Shown piece by piece: positions 44,118 to 54,381 of a stretch of 63,811 bases of DNA. This stretch comes from an uncultured Gammaproteobacteria bacterium (lineage in GTDB: Bacteria; Patescibacteriota; Microgenomatia; Levybacterales; UBA12049): positions 1-63,811 of the forward strand of contig CAYQEE010000001.1 in NCBI GenBank assembly GCA_964416445.1, in the 5' to 3' direction. Each line of letters opens with the position of its first letter. Positions within the stretch are counted from its first letter, which is position 1. The notes under the pieces were generated by a model. That model was not told the origin of the DNA. It saw only the letters and a program-made list of their open reading frames with translations, and made no database searches. Made by a program: the position numbers and the translations under genes.

Positions 44118-45608
44118 ATGAAGAAAATCCAGTTACTTTTTCATCATCATGGTTATTTTATTGTAGTTATTCTGGTACTTTTCTTAGCAACTGTTCTTCG
44201 CTTTTATGACTATACCAATCGCTGGGGTCTTGCAACTGATCAAGCACATGATGCGCTTGTTGCACGATATGCACTGGAGCAGCATATTTTTCCTCTTGTT
44301 GGTCCTTTCTCTTCAGCAGGTCCATTTGTTATGGGACCTGAATGGTATTACTTTATTATGTTTGGAACGTTTCTGTATCCCTCATCCTATCTTACTCCTT
44401 GGATTGTGTTAACGATCTTGTATGTATTTACAGTATATCTTATGATCTTAATTGGTAACGAGCTGGGAAGTAAAAAATTAGGAATAATTTTGGGACTTAT
44501 TACTGCTGTCTCTACAGTACAGATTTCACAATCGTTCAATTTAACCAATCAAGCACCGCTTTCTATTCTTGCAGCATTAGCATTATGGTTAATACTGAAG
44601 TATATAAAAACAAAAAATTACTGGTATTTTAGTCTTGCAAGTTTAAGTATTGCTCTTGGGGTGAACACGCATTTACAAGGCGTACTGCTTATTCCTTTAC
44701 TAGTTATCACTCTCATTGTACAAAAACCAACAGTAAAAGGATTGTTTATTGGGTTAGTTCTATTTTGTATTCCTTTTATTCCCTTGTTAATATTTGATTT
44801 TGGACATAATCATTATGAATTGAAAAATATGCTGCAATATTATTTACATGATCAATATAAAATTAGTCTTGACCAGTTTGGAAGAAATTGGAAATCATAT
44901 TTGGGTATATTTTGGCCAAATGCGTTCGCAAATGTAATTGGGGGATTTCGTATATTTTCTTATCTTATTTTTTTTCTTGCCTTCTTGTTTTCAGTCATCG
45001 CTATTAAGCGGAAAGCGATATCGCTTTTCGGTATTATCTTTTCGATAACATTAGGTATTGCAGTAATTTTTCTCCGATATACCCACACACCTCTCTTTGA
45101 TAGTTATTTAATGTTTGCAAATCCATTTCTTTTTATTATAGTAGGGTGGGTAATCTATAAGATAATAACCTTCAATTCGGTCATAGGATATTGTTTCTTA
45201 ATGCTTATTTTATTTGGTAGTTTGACAAAAGATATACAACAAATGCAACATTCAATGAACTTCTCCGCATATCAGGCTGATATCTGGCAACATATTCTCT
45301 ATGAAAAGTATCCCCATCAGAATTTTACGTTGTATGATTACCACTATATAAATAGTGCAAAAAGTTTGTCGCTCAGTCTTTTTCTCGCAGCTGATAATCG
45401 GTCGCATGAAAATAGTCATAAGGTTGGGTTAATCGTTTATGGCGCAAAAATAAAATCGTTATGGAATACCTTTCCCCATATTTTACCTGGAATGGGATAT
45501 CAATTATTGGATTTACAAAGTTCAACCAGCGCACAACTGCAAAAAACAGGTTGGGCCGATATTAGTCCGAAAGGTATTTATATTGCTGCAGAAGACTGGT
45601 ATAAATAA
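44118..45608 (+). CDS. ArnT/PMT-like GT-C membrane glycosyltransferase candidate
   Basis: Polytopic; loop-1 motif WGLATDQAHDALVARYALEQHIFPLVGPFSSAGPFVMGPEWYY; starts 1 nt after the GT2 stop. Confidence 0.6.
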   Translation: MKKIQLLFHHHGYFIVVILVLFLATVLRFYDYTNRWGLATDQAHDALVARYALEQHIFPLVGPFSSAGPFVMGPEWYYFIMFGTFLYPSSYLTPWIVLTILYVFTVYLMILIGNELGSKKLGIILGLITAVSTVQISQSFNLTNQAPLSILAALALWLILKYIKTKNYWYFSLASLSIALGVNTHLQGVLLIPLLVITLIVQKPTVKGLFIGLVLFCIPFIPLLIFDFGHNHYELKNMLQYYLHDQYKISLDQFGRNWKSYLGIFWPNAFANVIGGFRIFSYLIFFLAFLFSVIAIKRKAISLFGIIFSITLGIAVIFLRYTHTPLFDSYLMFANPFLFIIVGWVIYKIITFNSVIGYCFLMLILFGSLTKDIQQMQHSMNFSAYQADIWQHILYEKYPHQNFTLYDYHYINSAKSLSLSLFLAADNRSHENSHKVGLIVYGAKIKSLWNTFPHILPGMGYQLLDLQSSTSAQLQKTGWADISPKGIYIAAEDWYK

Positions 45609-45611
45609 GGT

Positions 45612-46850
45612 ATGAAACAATTAAAATTAGATACGATATTAATTTTTGCTTTAGTAATACCATTCATCATGACTTACCGTATTAGTTGGGGTGATACCCC
45701 ATATTGGTTATTTGGACTAATCTTTTTTTGTCTTTTTTTATATGTATTTCTTGATCTTCCAGTACTTACGTTAAAACAGTCTGTATGTAATATCGTCAAA
45801 ACAGTACTTCTGTGGTGTATCATTTTTATGACCATCGGCGCGGCAGTTTTATCAGCAATTATTGTCCGACATCAAACTGCACCAATTTTTGGAGTACATG
45901 ATATTGTTCTGCAACAGGAAGCAGCTATTCGCTTCTTTTTGCATGGAAAAAATCCTTACGCCGCAACTTATTTTGGTACGCCTCTTGAACAGTGGCATTA
46001 TTCAGATACAGAAATAAACCCTGCACTTTATCACTTTGTAATGCAACCAGTATACCTTATCTTTCCGGTACCATTTTACCTTTTTATGGGACATATTATT
46101 GGTTTTTTTGATGCACGAGTACCGTTATTTATTCTTTTGATCGCACTTCTTCTTCTTGCATCCTTGCTCCAAAAAAATCCTGAACGTTCTCGAGAATTTC
46201 TTATCCTTTTAGCATTTAATCCATCGACACTTCCTTATTTTATTGAAGGAAGAGATGATATTTTTATGTTTGCATTTCTCTTTGCTGCATGGTTTTTCTT
46301 GTATAAGAAAAATGAACTTTGGGGAGGTGTATGTATGGCATTAGCTTTTGCAACAAAGCAATCAGTATGGCCACTTTTTCCCTTCTATGTTGCCTATTTG
46401 TATTACGAAAAAAAATCAGTTAAAGAGACACTAATCAGTCTTATCCCATTTGCATTAATATGTACGCTTTTTATTATTCCATTTTTCATATGGAATCCCC
46501 AAGCGTATCTTGCAAGTACAATCTTTTATTTATCAGGCAATACTGCCCATAGTTATCCTGTTGCAGGATATGGATTGGGTGCATTACTCCATCAGTTCGG
46601 CATCATAAAGGACGTTCACGCGTATTACCCATTTTGGATATGGGAACTTATTATTGCAGTTCCCTTACTTTTCCTCTTATTACGTTGGCAGCAAAAGGAA
46701 AATTCTATTCAGCGTATGATTATTCTCTATGGGCTGTTTCTATTCGTCTTTTGGTATTTATCACGGTATTTTAATAATAGTCATCTGGGTTATCTTTCAA
46801 TGGTTTTTATTACGGCGTATTTTTGGCCTTCAAAAACATTGGAGGGTTAG
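45612..46850 (+). CDS. DUF2029/GT87-like GT-C membrane glycosyltransferase candidate
   Basis: Polytopic; HDIVLQQEAAIRFFLHGKNPYAATY ... YHFVMQPVY loop resembles DUF2029-type mannosyltransferase-like proteins. Confidence 0.55.
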   Translation: MKQLKLDTILIFALVIPFIMTYRISWGDTPYWLFGLIFFCLFLYVFLDLPVLTLKQSVCNIVKTVLLWCIIFMTIGAAVLSAIIVRHQTAPIFGVHDIVLQQEAAIRFFLHGKNPYAATYFGTPLEQWHYSDTEINPALYHFVMQPVYLIFPVPFYLFMGHIIGFFDARVPLFILLIALLLLASLLQKNPERSREFLILLAFNPSTLPYFIEGRDDIFMFAFLFAAWFFLYKKNELWGGVCMALAFATKQSVWPLFPFYVAYLYYEKKSVKETLISLIPFALICTLFIIPFFIWNPQAYLASTIFYLSGNTAHSYPVAGYGLGALLHQFGIIKDVHAYYPFWIWELIIAVPLLFLLLRWQQKENSIQRMIILYGLFLFVFWYLSRYFNNSHLGYLSMVFITAYFWPSKTLEG

Positions 46851-46884
46851 TGGATAACATTGAGATGGATAAGTAATCAGAGTA

Positions 46885-49476
46885 TCATAAGCCATTTACA
46901 CTCAGATTTCTCAGTAGAATATTATAATCAATACCATTTACCTCACCGTCATCATTGATATCTGCAAATAATCCCTTTATTTGGTCAGAAAGATTATGGG
47001 CGGTACATGTTGATGTTGTGGCTTTCGTTCCGTAGCAATCAACAAGAATATTATAATCAGTTAAATCTACACTATTATCATTATTCAAATCTCCAAGTGG
47101 TAATGTCATAGGATTTTGTGTTATTGCTGACAAGGAATTTACTTGGCCTGAGCTAATCGTTATGGGTTGAGGAGAGAGCAGTTCACGAAGGGAACCTTCC
47201 GGAGATTTGGCTAAGACATAATATGATCCTTGGGGAATTGATGAGAGATCAATTTGGTTATTGATAAACGAACCATTCGGATCAGAAGGTGAGAAAGAAA
47301 CGGTGGTATTGACTGTGGCATCTGCATTCTGAGAAAAGTTCTGCGTTTTATAAAAGGAAAGTATCAATTTTCTTTGGGGATGATGAGGATGAGGATTATT
47401 TTGTGAATCAATGCCTTCAAAATGAATTGATAGGGAACCCGTCGTTATCCCCAATGAAGGAGACGGTGTTACTGATATTACTGCAGAAGGTGAAGGAGAT
47501 ACTGTAGTAGTTGGGGAAATTCCTTCGACGCAGATGTTTTGATTCGGATCGCATATGCCACAAGCTATTGTCTTTTGTCCACAATCGGCGTTGGTTTGAC
47601 ATGCTTGTCCACAAAAATTCGATTGCGTAGGTGATGGTGTTGATGTGGTGGATGGAAGAGGAGTAGTGGTTGTTCCAAGAGTTGGAGAAGGAGTCGGTTC
47701 TGGAATTGATCCGTTTATAATCATTGCAACGATATCTTCAGTAACTGCTTTTGGTAAAGGTAATGTTAATCCATTCGCTGAACTTGTAGTAGAAACGGTT
47801 GTAAGAAGAGCACCCGTAACAGGATCCATCCAGAGAATGGTAAACGATTGTCCATTTTGCATATGTGCTAAAGTAATTGACCCAGATGTTGGTACTGGTG
47901 TTTGATGATCGCGAAGAATAGCAGCCCATGTCCCTGTTGTATTATAGACGCGTATCATAGCAAATGTAGGACTTTTCCTTCCAATTACTTGGATTTTTTG
48001 ATCTGAAGTTGTTACTTCATTGGGAGTATCATAACTTGAAAAAGGAACCGTTTGATCGATTGCTTGGGCATTCGGTATTTGTTGTATAAACACGGATAAC
48101 CCTTTAAAGGCGGTTAAATTTGCTATATTCATTTGATTCCAGACTGAAATGCCACCTGCTGAACTAAGAAATTCACCCCAAATTTGTCCCCGTAATATTC
48201 TTGCTTGCGTATCAAGAGGAACATATTGACTGATCGTTAAGGGTATATCGCTTTTACCATCTGGACCACATTGATGCATCCCAGATTCACCAAAAAAGCT
48301 CGGTTTCGTTAACTGACGAATAGAAACAGACAAAATGACATGAAGGGCATACAGACCTGTATCATTGTCATAAGGTTGATTACAATCATTTGAGTAGTCA
48401 TGATTTTGTACAAGAGAAATTTGAGGCAAACTCATAACTCCATAAAACGTTCCATGATTATTTGCGCTTGCATGGTCACCCTCACTCGCTGAAATTAAGT
48501 GATTATATGGATCAAGGTTATGGAGTGTGGTAACGTACTGAGTGACAGTGGGTAGTTTATAGGCACCTTCTTTAAACGTATCCCATGCTAAGAGATGTGT
48601 TGAGTATCCCCAACGAGCAATTGCATAACGAATATACAATGCATCACCTGGATCAAAATTAGGTTGATCTTTATGTTTCAAAATAGGGATAACATAGATA
48701 TTTTTTAACTCTGCTTGGGAAATAATATAATCCATGTCCCAACTATATGGTTGGCTCATTTGGGTAGCAGTGACTGCATTGGTATCGCATGCTATATCGG
48801 GGCCAGCAAAGGGTGTAGCATTTCCATCATTCCAACCACATGTCCACAAATGAAAGGTATTTGCGCCGTTTGTGTTATAAGCAGCGTACATAGCATCAAC
48901 TCCGTACGTTCCATCACCCCATTTATTTGAAGCGGTATTATTCTGAAACCAAGGCGCATTCAGACCAAGAGGAATGAATAATTGACCGTTGCCAAATTCA
49001 AGATGATAGTTAACAGCTTTTACAAAACCAGGAGCCCCTGAAGACACAACGGTAAATGTTCCACTATCAAGATTTTTTGTACCCGAATTATCTTTTAACG
49101 TGACTGTATACGTATAATTTCCCAGTTCTGAAGGGGCAAATCTGACTTTCCATTGAGGACTACCTGTTGGGGATAATATCTCTTTATGGATGTTGCCACT
49201 TCGTGTGTAATCTTGGAAAAAGAATCCAGGGATGGTGAGTGTTTTTCCACTCGGAGTATGGAAATTAGCTTCAATGTCAACAACGCTTGGATCGTAAGGG
49301 TTACTATAGTTACCAGAATAAGGATACGTTAATTCAAGTTTTTGATATTGTCCAAGAGCAGTAGCAGCATGCTGTTTAACTTTTTGTATCTGTGAAATCT
49401 GGAATAAAATTAATGGTAAAGAGATAATTAGCAAAACGATAAGTAATATTTTAATTTGATGTTCATTCTTTATCAT
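46885..49476 (-). CDS. Secreted glycoside-hydrolase-like protein (DUF5060-type N-terminal Ig domain + TIM-barrel-like core), PT linkers, Cys-rich knot, C-terminal dockerin-like pair
   Basis: Signal anchor; N-terminal segment IEANFHTPSGKTLTIPGFFFQDY...WKVRFAPSELGNYTYTV (DUF5060-like); linkers EPTPSPTLGTTTTPLPSTTSTPSPT and SPTTTVSPSPSAVISVTPSPS; CGQACQTNADCGQKTIACGICDPNQNIC; C-terminal GDLNNDNSVDLTDYNILV and ADINDDGEVNGIDYNILL (dockerin type-I-like Ca-binding repeats). The catalytic family is not certain. Confidence 0.7.
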   Translation of the reverse strand: MIKNEHQIKILLIVLLIISLPLILFQISQIQKVKQHAATALGQYQKLELTYPYSGNYSNPYDPSVVDIEANFHTPSGKTLTIPGFFFQDYTRSGNIHKEILSPTGSPQWKVRFAPSELGNYTYTVTLKDNSGTKNLDSGTFTVVSSGAPGFVKAVNYHLEFGNGQLFIPLGLNAPWFQNNTASNKWGDGTYGVDAMYAAYNTNGANTFHLWTCGWNDGNATPFAGPDIACDTNAVTATQMSQPYSWDMDYIISQAELKNIYVIPILKHKDQPNFDPGDALYIRYAIARWGYSTHLLAWDTFKEGAYKLPTVTQYVTTLHNLDPYNHLISASEGDHASANNHGTFYGVMSLPQISLVQNHDYSNDCNQPYDNDTGLYALHVILSVSIRQLTKPSFFGESGMHQCGPDGKSDIPLTISQYVPLDTQARILRGQIWGEFLSSAGGISVWNQMNIANLTAFKGLSVFIQQIPNAQAIDQTVPFSSYDTPNEVTTSDQKIQVIGRKSPTFAMIRVYNTTGTWAAILRDHQTPVPTSGSITLAHMQNGQSFTILWMDPVTGALLTTVSTTSSANGLTLPLPKAVTEDIVAMIINGSIPEPTPSPTLGTTTTPLPSTTSTPSPTQSNFCGQACQTNADCGQKTIACGICDPNQNICVEGISPTTTVSPSPSAVISVTPSPSLGITTGSLSIHFEGIDSQNNPHPHHPQRKLILSFYKTQNFSQNADATVNTTVSFSPSDPNGSFINNQIDLSSIPQGSYYVLAKSPEGSLRELLSPQPITISSGQVNSLSAITQNPMTLPLGDLNNDNSVDLTDYNILVDCYGTKATTSTCTAHNLSDQIKGLFADINDDGEVNGIDYNILLRNLSVNGL

Positions 49477-49506
49477 ACATAGCTATTCTATAAGCATAAA
49501 TAAGTA

Positions 49507-51945
49507 TCATAATTTTTGCAAATTTGATGAGCCAATTATGTCATTATTAAAATGATAATTTATTTGTTTCCATACGAATAAGACAATAAGTAAGAAGAGA
49601 AAAATACCGGAGAATATTAAACCAAGAAAAAATGAAAATGGCTGATAGGAGAACAGAATGCTGTGGCTTCCTTTTGGAACAAATACTCCTCTAAAAGTAT
49701 AATTTGCTCGGTAGATCTGTGTTCTTTTGCCGTCAATCGTAGCTTGCCATCCTGGATAATCGTTGTCTGAAAATACGAGGAAAGCTGCTTGATTCGATTT
49801 TGCCGTGAGCGAAATCAGATTTTCTGTATAATGCGTGACAACTACTGAGTTATGAAAATTATCAATATTTGATGACAATTTTTGAGATGGATGTTGTTCA
49901 ATAATTGCAGTATGAGTTGGATCAAACGATGAGGAAAAAAGATTTTTGAGGATATGTTCGTCTGATGTCACCACTTTTACCGAGTTGACAAGATAAGCAC
50001 GAGGTAATGATGAATTATTTTGTCCGATAATCCATTGGGTATTTTCCCATATTGGTTGAGAAACTATACTATTTTCAGACTTCTTATAAATGAAATATTT
50101 TACGCCAAGTAAATCGAATAGTCGTTGTCTTCTCTGATTCATTGATGCACTGATTGTTGCATTGTTTATAATATTCACATCACTTCTTTGCAGGGGTGGA
50201 GGGTAGATTCCTGTATTACTGTAACTTACAAGTTCTCCATATCGTTTAATGTAAAGTGGATGGTAATATTCAGGATCATAAAACCGAAAGAGTGTTGCAA
50301 AGTCTGTTTGAATAGTTGCGCTATTAAAACCAAAAATTCTGTTAATACCTGTTCGTAATTGTATTTCTTGAACAAGTGGATTAAAGGGAAGAAAACTTTC
50401 TGAAAGTGAGAATGGTTGATATTTTTGGCTATTATAGAGACCAAGAGTAACAATTATAAGAATAGTAAGAGTTTGGAGAAAAAAACGGTATTTATCAGTG
50501 TTTTGCCTGAGAATATAGTAGACGAGTAATAAAGTAATTCCCACAAAAGGGATAATTTCAACAAGTGTATTTCGAAGAGCTATTGATCGACAGTTTGGAA
50601 ATTGCGTGGATGGACAAGGATAATGGCTAATTTTAAGGTAGATTGTGTAAATAAATATCCCCAATATGATGAGGATTATCGGTAATATTTTTATACCAAA
50701 TGCATGTATAGTGGATTTTTTTGAATAAAACGCGTCAAAACCAAATCCTGCAAGAAGTGATATTGCGAAAGTACTGAGTAAAAATATCCGAGTTGGAATT
50801 CCTGTCGATATAATGGGTAATGGAATTCGGAAAAAAAAAGTTGCAAAAGGACTTTGTAAACATGTAACAAAACAAATAGCAATAACAAAAACTAAATAAC
50901 CCCGTAATGATTTTTTATTTTCACTATAAGAAAGAGCATACCAAGCAAATAGTAGCGGAATAGTTCCAATATACATTGTTGTTTCAATATAATCAGTAAT
51001 TGGTTCCCAGTAGTTATATGTTCCAATGTTCCCAAAATAATTAGGAATCACCAAGGTGATGAAATGAGAGAGCGGGACTAAAAAGCGCGAAAAAATAAAT
51101 TGTGAAGAAGATTGATTTACATTTGCAAAATGCAGTAGTTCAAATGTTGGGAATAGTTGTAATGAAGCTAAGCCAATTCCCAAAAACGAAAGTAAATAAA
51201 GAAAAAGAAGTTCTCTCTTCGTGATGATACGTTGTATTTTACGAAAAAATATATATCCAGCTATAAAAAATAAAATATAACAGGCAATTTGTGGTTGTGT
51301 TGAAATAACTGAAAAATAAATAGTAAATGGTAATAGCCAAATTATCTTCTTTTTTTTAGATTCTATGAAACTTTCAATACAATAGAGACTTAAGGGAAGC
51401 ATTGCAAAAGATAGGCCAAACATCCCATAAATAAGTCGAGTAATAACCACACCAGAAAAGAGAAAAATCATTGTTGAAAAAAGCGCTGAGGCTTTTCGTA
51501 ACAACACCTTTTTGCAATAGATGAACATGCAGAATGCTATGAGAATAGGTTGCAGTATAATTGCATAGGTCCATGCAAGCTTATCTGAAAGAAAGAAATA
51601 AAAAATGTTAAATGGATCTAAGAATCCTATATTCATAGTAGCGAACAGAGGCATTCCAGCTCCGTTATATGGATTCCACAGAGGTATCTCATGACGCTTT
51701 ATCATATCCATTGCGAGAGTACGAAATGGATATATTTGGCGAAAAATGTCATCAGCAACAGGTTTATGTGCGAGTGTTATTACTCCGTTGGACAAATATG
51801 TAGTTTTCCAAGGTTCAAACCATGCGAGCATAAAATTACCTGGGTAGGGATAGAGATGTTTAATAAAAAACTGTAAGAAAATTGCTCCGGAGAGTATAAA
51901 AAAAAATACAATAGTTCCTAAAAAATACAAATAATTATTTTTCAT
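49507..51945 (-). CDS. YfhO family membrane glycosyltransferase (GT-C), subfamily 2
   Basis: FRQIYPFR, EIPLWNPYNGAGMPLFATMNIGFLDPFN, YDPEYYHPLYIKRYGEL, C-terminal DYPGWQATIDGKRTQIYRANYTFRGVFVPKGSH plus a terminal TM. Confidence 0.88.
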   Translation of the reverse strand: MKNNYLYFLGTIVFFFILSGAIFLQFFIKHLYPYPGNFMLAWFEPWKTTYLSNGVITLAHKPVADDIFRQIYPFRTLAMDMIKRHEIPLWNPYNGAGMPLFATMNIGFLDPFNIFYFFLSDKLAWTYAIILQPILIAFCMFIYCKKVLLRKASALFSTMIFLFSGVVITRLIYGMFGLSFAMLPLSLYCIESFIESKKKKIIWLLPFTIYFSVISTQPQIACYILFFIAGYIFFRKIQRIITKRELLFLYLLSFLGIGLASLQLFPTFELLHFANVNQSSSQFIFSRFLVPLSHFITLVIPNYFGNIGTYNYWEPITDYIETTMYIGTIPLLFAWYALSYSENKKSLRGYLVFVIAICFVTCLQSPFATFFFRIPLPIISTGIPTRIFLLSTFAISLLAGFGFDAFYSKKSTIHAFGIKILPIILIILGIFIYTIYLKISHYPCPSTQFPNCRSIALRNTLVEIIPFVGITLLLVYYILRQNTDKYRFFLQTLTILIIVTLGLYNSQKYQPFSLSESFLPFNPLVQEIQLRTGINRIFGFNSATIQTDFATLFRFYDPEYYHPLYIKRYGELVSYSNTGIYPPPLQRSDVNIINNATISASMNQRRQRLFDLLGVKYFIYKKSENSIVSQPIWENTQWIIGQNNSSLPRAYLVNSVKVVTSDEHILKNLFSSSFDPTHTAIIEQHPSQKLSSNIDNFHNSVVVTHYTENLISLTAKSNQAAFLVFSDNDYPGWQATIDGKRTQIYRANYTFRGVFVPKGSHSILFSYQPFSFFLGLIFSGIFLFLLIVLFVWKQINYHFNNDIIGSSNLQKL

Positions 51946-53275
51946 GTTTCCGATACAGTTGTAACGTTGTTACATAAAAATAAAAACTTATAAAAACAAC
52001 ACCTGCGCTAATAATCCATTGAAATATTCGATTACCTATGATCTGAGCAGGCAGGAACCAAAGATACATTGGATGCCAAACAATATATAAATTGATCATA
52101 TTAAAAATACTCAGAAGCAAGAAAACTAGAATACTTTTTCGTTCTAAACCAACATAAACTGCTAAAAGAGGAAAAACAGGATACAGATATCGTTCATGCA
52201 TGAAGGGCAAAACAAGAAAACCAATGACTATACTTAAGCTTAATCCGCGAAGTCCATTTTGGACAGATATTTTTTTCTGTACTGTGCAAATAAACAGGGG
52301 AATATAAAGACAGGTAAAAAGAAATGTTGCCCATGTATAAAGGGGAAAGAATCCTAGCTTAAAATTATCAGGAGTGACGTTATGCATTTCAACCTGACTA
52401 TAGTTGAAAAGTGTTGTGAATTTTCCGATTGTTAATGTTGGTTTAATTAACATCCACCAGAGATTAAACGCAAAATTTGTAATATGTTGCATTTCTCCTA
52501 ATCCATTATTTTTATAGAAATTAAAAAGCCATAAGAGATTGAGACCTGAAATTGGAAGAGATAACAAAATCATACAAATAACACAAACAAAAATCATGAG
52601 AAAAAATTGGCTTCTCTTTTTCCCAAGCTCAAAGTAGATTAAAGTAAAAAATAAAGGAAGAGCAGGAAGCAACGAAATTTTTGTAAAAAAAGAACAAGCA
52701 CAAAAAATCATTGACCGCCAATATTTTCGTTCGTACAGAAAATATATCGACATAAAAAAGAAAAGATTATTGAGCGAATCCATTTGTCCCCAAAAAGCGC
52801 TGTTATACCAAACGGGTGGAGTAAATAAGTAAAGACACATTGCTAAGATTGCACTACTTTCATCTCTCTTCTTTTTAACAAAAAGATAAATGAATGCGCC
52901 GAGAAGGATATCCGCAAATAGCGAAGGTAAACGTAAAAAAGTATCAGGAAGGTAACCGTTCATGATTAGGGGATTTGCTACAATGGTCGTTTTTGTTATT
53001 CGCAAAATTATTTTTGCAGTCAAGAGTTCAAAACGATATGCAGCATTAACGATATATACCGACCCAGGTGGTTGATTGTTCGGAAGTGTACCAAATGTTA
53101 AATGATCAAGTTTATAGGTGTCCGCGAATCCATAGAGGTAACTAATTCTTGCCCAATCTCGATATCTAAGAACATCAGTATTTTCTCTATAATTGAATGC
53201 CCAAAGCATAATACTAATTCTAAAAATAAATGCAATAAAGAGAATAAAAATACTTAACCGAGAAAAATTGCGCAT
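51935..53275 (-). CDS. GT-C-like polytopic membrane glycosyltransferase candidate (DUF2029/ALG-like)
   Basis: About 11 or more TM helices; loop-1 RENTDVLRYRDWARISYLYGF..LPNNQPPGSVY, reminiscent of lipid-linked-sugar-dependent transferases; 11-nt overlap with the downstream YfhO gene. Confidence 0.55.
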   Translation of the reverse strand: MRNFSRLSIFILFIAFIFRISIMLWAFNYRENTDVLRYRDWARISYLYGFADTYKLDHLTFGTLPNNQPPGSVYIVNAAYRFELLTAKIILRITKTTIVANPLIMNGYLPDTFLRLPSLFADILLGAFIYLFVKKKRDESSAILAMCLYLFTPPVWYNSAFWGQMDSLNNLFFFMSIYFLYERKYWRSMIFCACSFFTKISLLPALPLFFTLIYFELGKKRSQFFLMIFVCVICMILLSLPISGLNLLWLFNFYKNNGLGEMQHITNFAFNLWWMLIKPTLTIGKFTTLFNYSQVEMHNVTPDNFKLGFFPLYTWATFLFTCLYIPLFICTVQKKISVQNGLRGLSLSIVIGFLVLPFMHERYLYPVFPLLAVYVGLERKSILVFLLLSIFNMINLYIVWHPMYLWFLPAQIIGNRIFQWIISAGVVFISFYFYVTTLQLYRKHEK

Positions 53276-53281
53276 ATAGCT

Positions 53282-53290
53282 ACTATATCA
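53282..53290 (-). promoter_or_regulatory. Extended -10 (TGATATAGT on minus strand) exactly 6 nt upstream of the ATG at 53275 (leaderless candidate)
   Basis: Reverse complement of 53276-53290 reads TGATATAGT-AGCTAT, followed by the ATG; no SD. Confidence 0.45.
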
Positions 53291-53337
53291 GTCTAACGAA
53301 GAAAGGAAAAGTTGTTTCTCTAATTGTGGCTATGTTT

Positions 53338-54381
53338 TCACTTTATATAAGAATCGAAGTAGGATAGTGTTCTTTGGAATACGGTACCGCTTACTTGACT
53401 CAAATTATGATCAGCACCCGGATATGAGTAGAATGAGGTTGTTTTATGATTATTTTCCAGTAACATTTCGAGTGATTCAGAGAACTTTGGTGGAACGTCA
53501 GTATCTCCTGTTCCGACTTGGATTTGTACTGGGGTAGATATATTGCGAACGAACGCTGTGGGATCTATGGTATTCCAGAAAGTTGGGTTCGTTTGTGGTG
53601 TACCGTGATTACGGACAAATGCAGTAACTAATTGTGCAGTCTGAGCATCATTTCCTGAGAGAATTCCTGCAGAAATTCTATAATCCCACCAATCTAAAAT
53701 GGCTGAATACGATCCTACGACTCCACTTAACAACTCTGCTGCTTTAAAATCATTTGAAATAACCAGTTCATGGAGAGTTATATTTCCTCCCATAGAATGG
53801 CCAATAACTCCGATATTTTGTGAATCTGCGTCTTTATATTGTCGTATTGAAGCAAGAGCATTGAGACTATCAGTAACATAATCAGAAGAAACATAGACTT
53901 GTGTTGGTATTCCTTGTGAATTGCCATTTCCTCGATAATCGGGTTTAAAAACGATATATCCGTGAGATGCCAGTGGGTCCACCATTACTGCATAACTCTC
54001 TATTGTTGAATATTGAGAAGGAGGAATATATCCATGATTGAAGAGTATCACTGGCCATCCATGTTCTGGTTTTTTTCCAATTGGAATTGTCATAAGCGCA
54101 TATATTTTGAGTCCATCAGAGAGGTAAGACGTTACATATCTCTGGTACGTTTGTGTAGAAGGGAGTGTTTGTTCTATTGTTAATAAACTACCTGGATAGG
54201 TTTTCTTTTTCATGAAGGAAATGGACAGAGAGAACGTATTTTCTGTGGACTGAGTTATTGGTAATTTTGGAGAAGTAACGCTTGGTGATAATGATACGTA
54301 AGAAGGTCTTTTTCCACTAAAAATGATTATAATAAGAGATATGAGGAGTGTAATAAAAATTAAAAATATACGTTTTTTCAT
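53338..54381 (-). CDS. Membrane-anchored alpha/beta hydrolase (S9 peptidase / esterase-like)
   Basis: N-terminal TM; nucleophile elbow IGHSMGG; DYRGNGNSQG; GTGDTDVPP (acid) and PGADHNL (His) complete a Ser-Asp-His arrangement. Confidence 0.8.
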   Translation of the reverse strand: MKKRIFLIFITLLISLIIIIFSGKRPSYVSLSPSVTSPKLPITQSTENTFSLSISFMKKKTYPGSLLTIEQTLPSTQTYQRYVTSYLSDGLKIYALMTIPIGKKPEHGWPVILFNHGYIPPSQYSTIESYAVMVDPLASHGYIVFKPDYRGNGNSQGIPTQVYVSSDYVTDSLNALASIRQYKDADSQNIGVIGHSMGGNITLHELVISNDFKAAELLSGVVGSYSAILDWWDYRISAGILSGNDAQTAQLVTAFVRNHGTPQTNPTFWNTIDPTAFVRNISTPVQIQVGTGDTDVPPKFSESLEMLLENNHKTTSFYSYPGADHNLSQVSGTVFQRTLSYFDSYIK

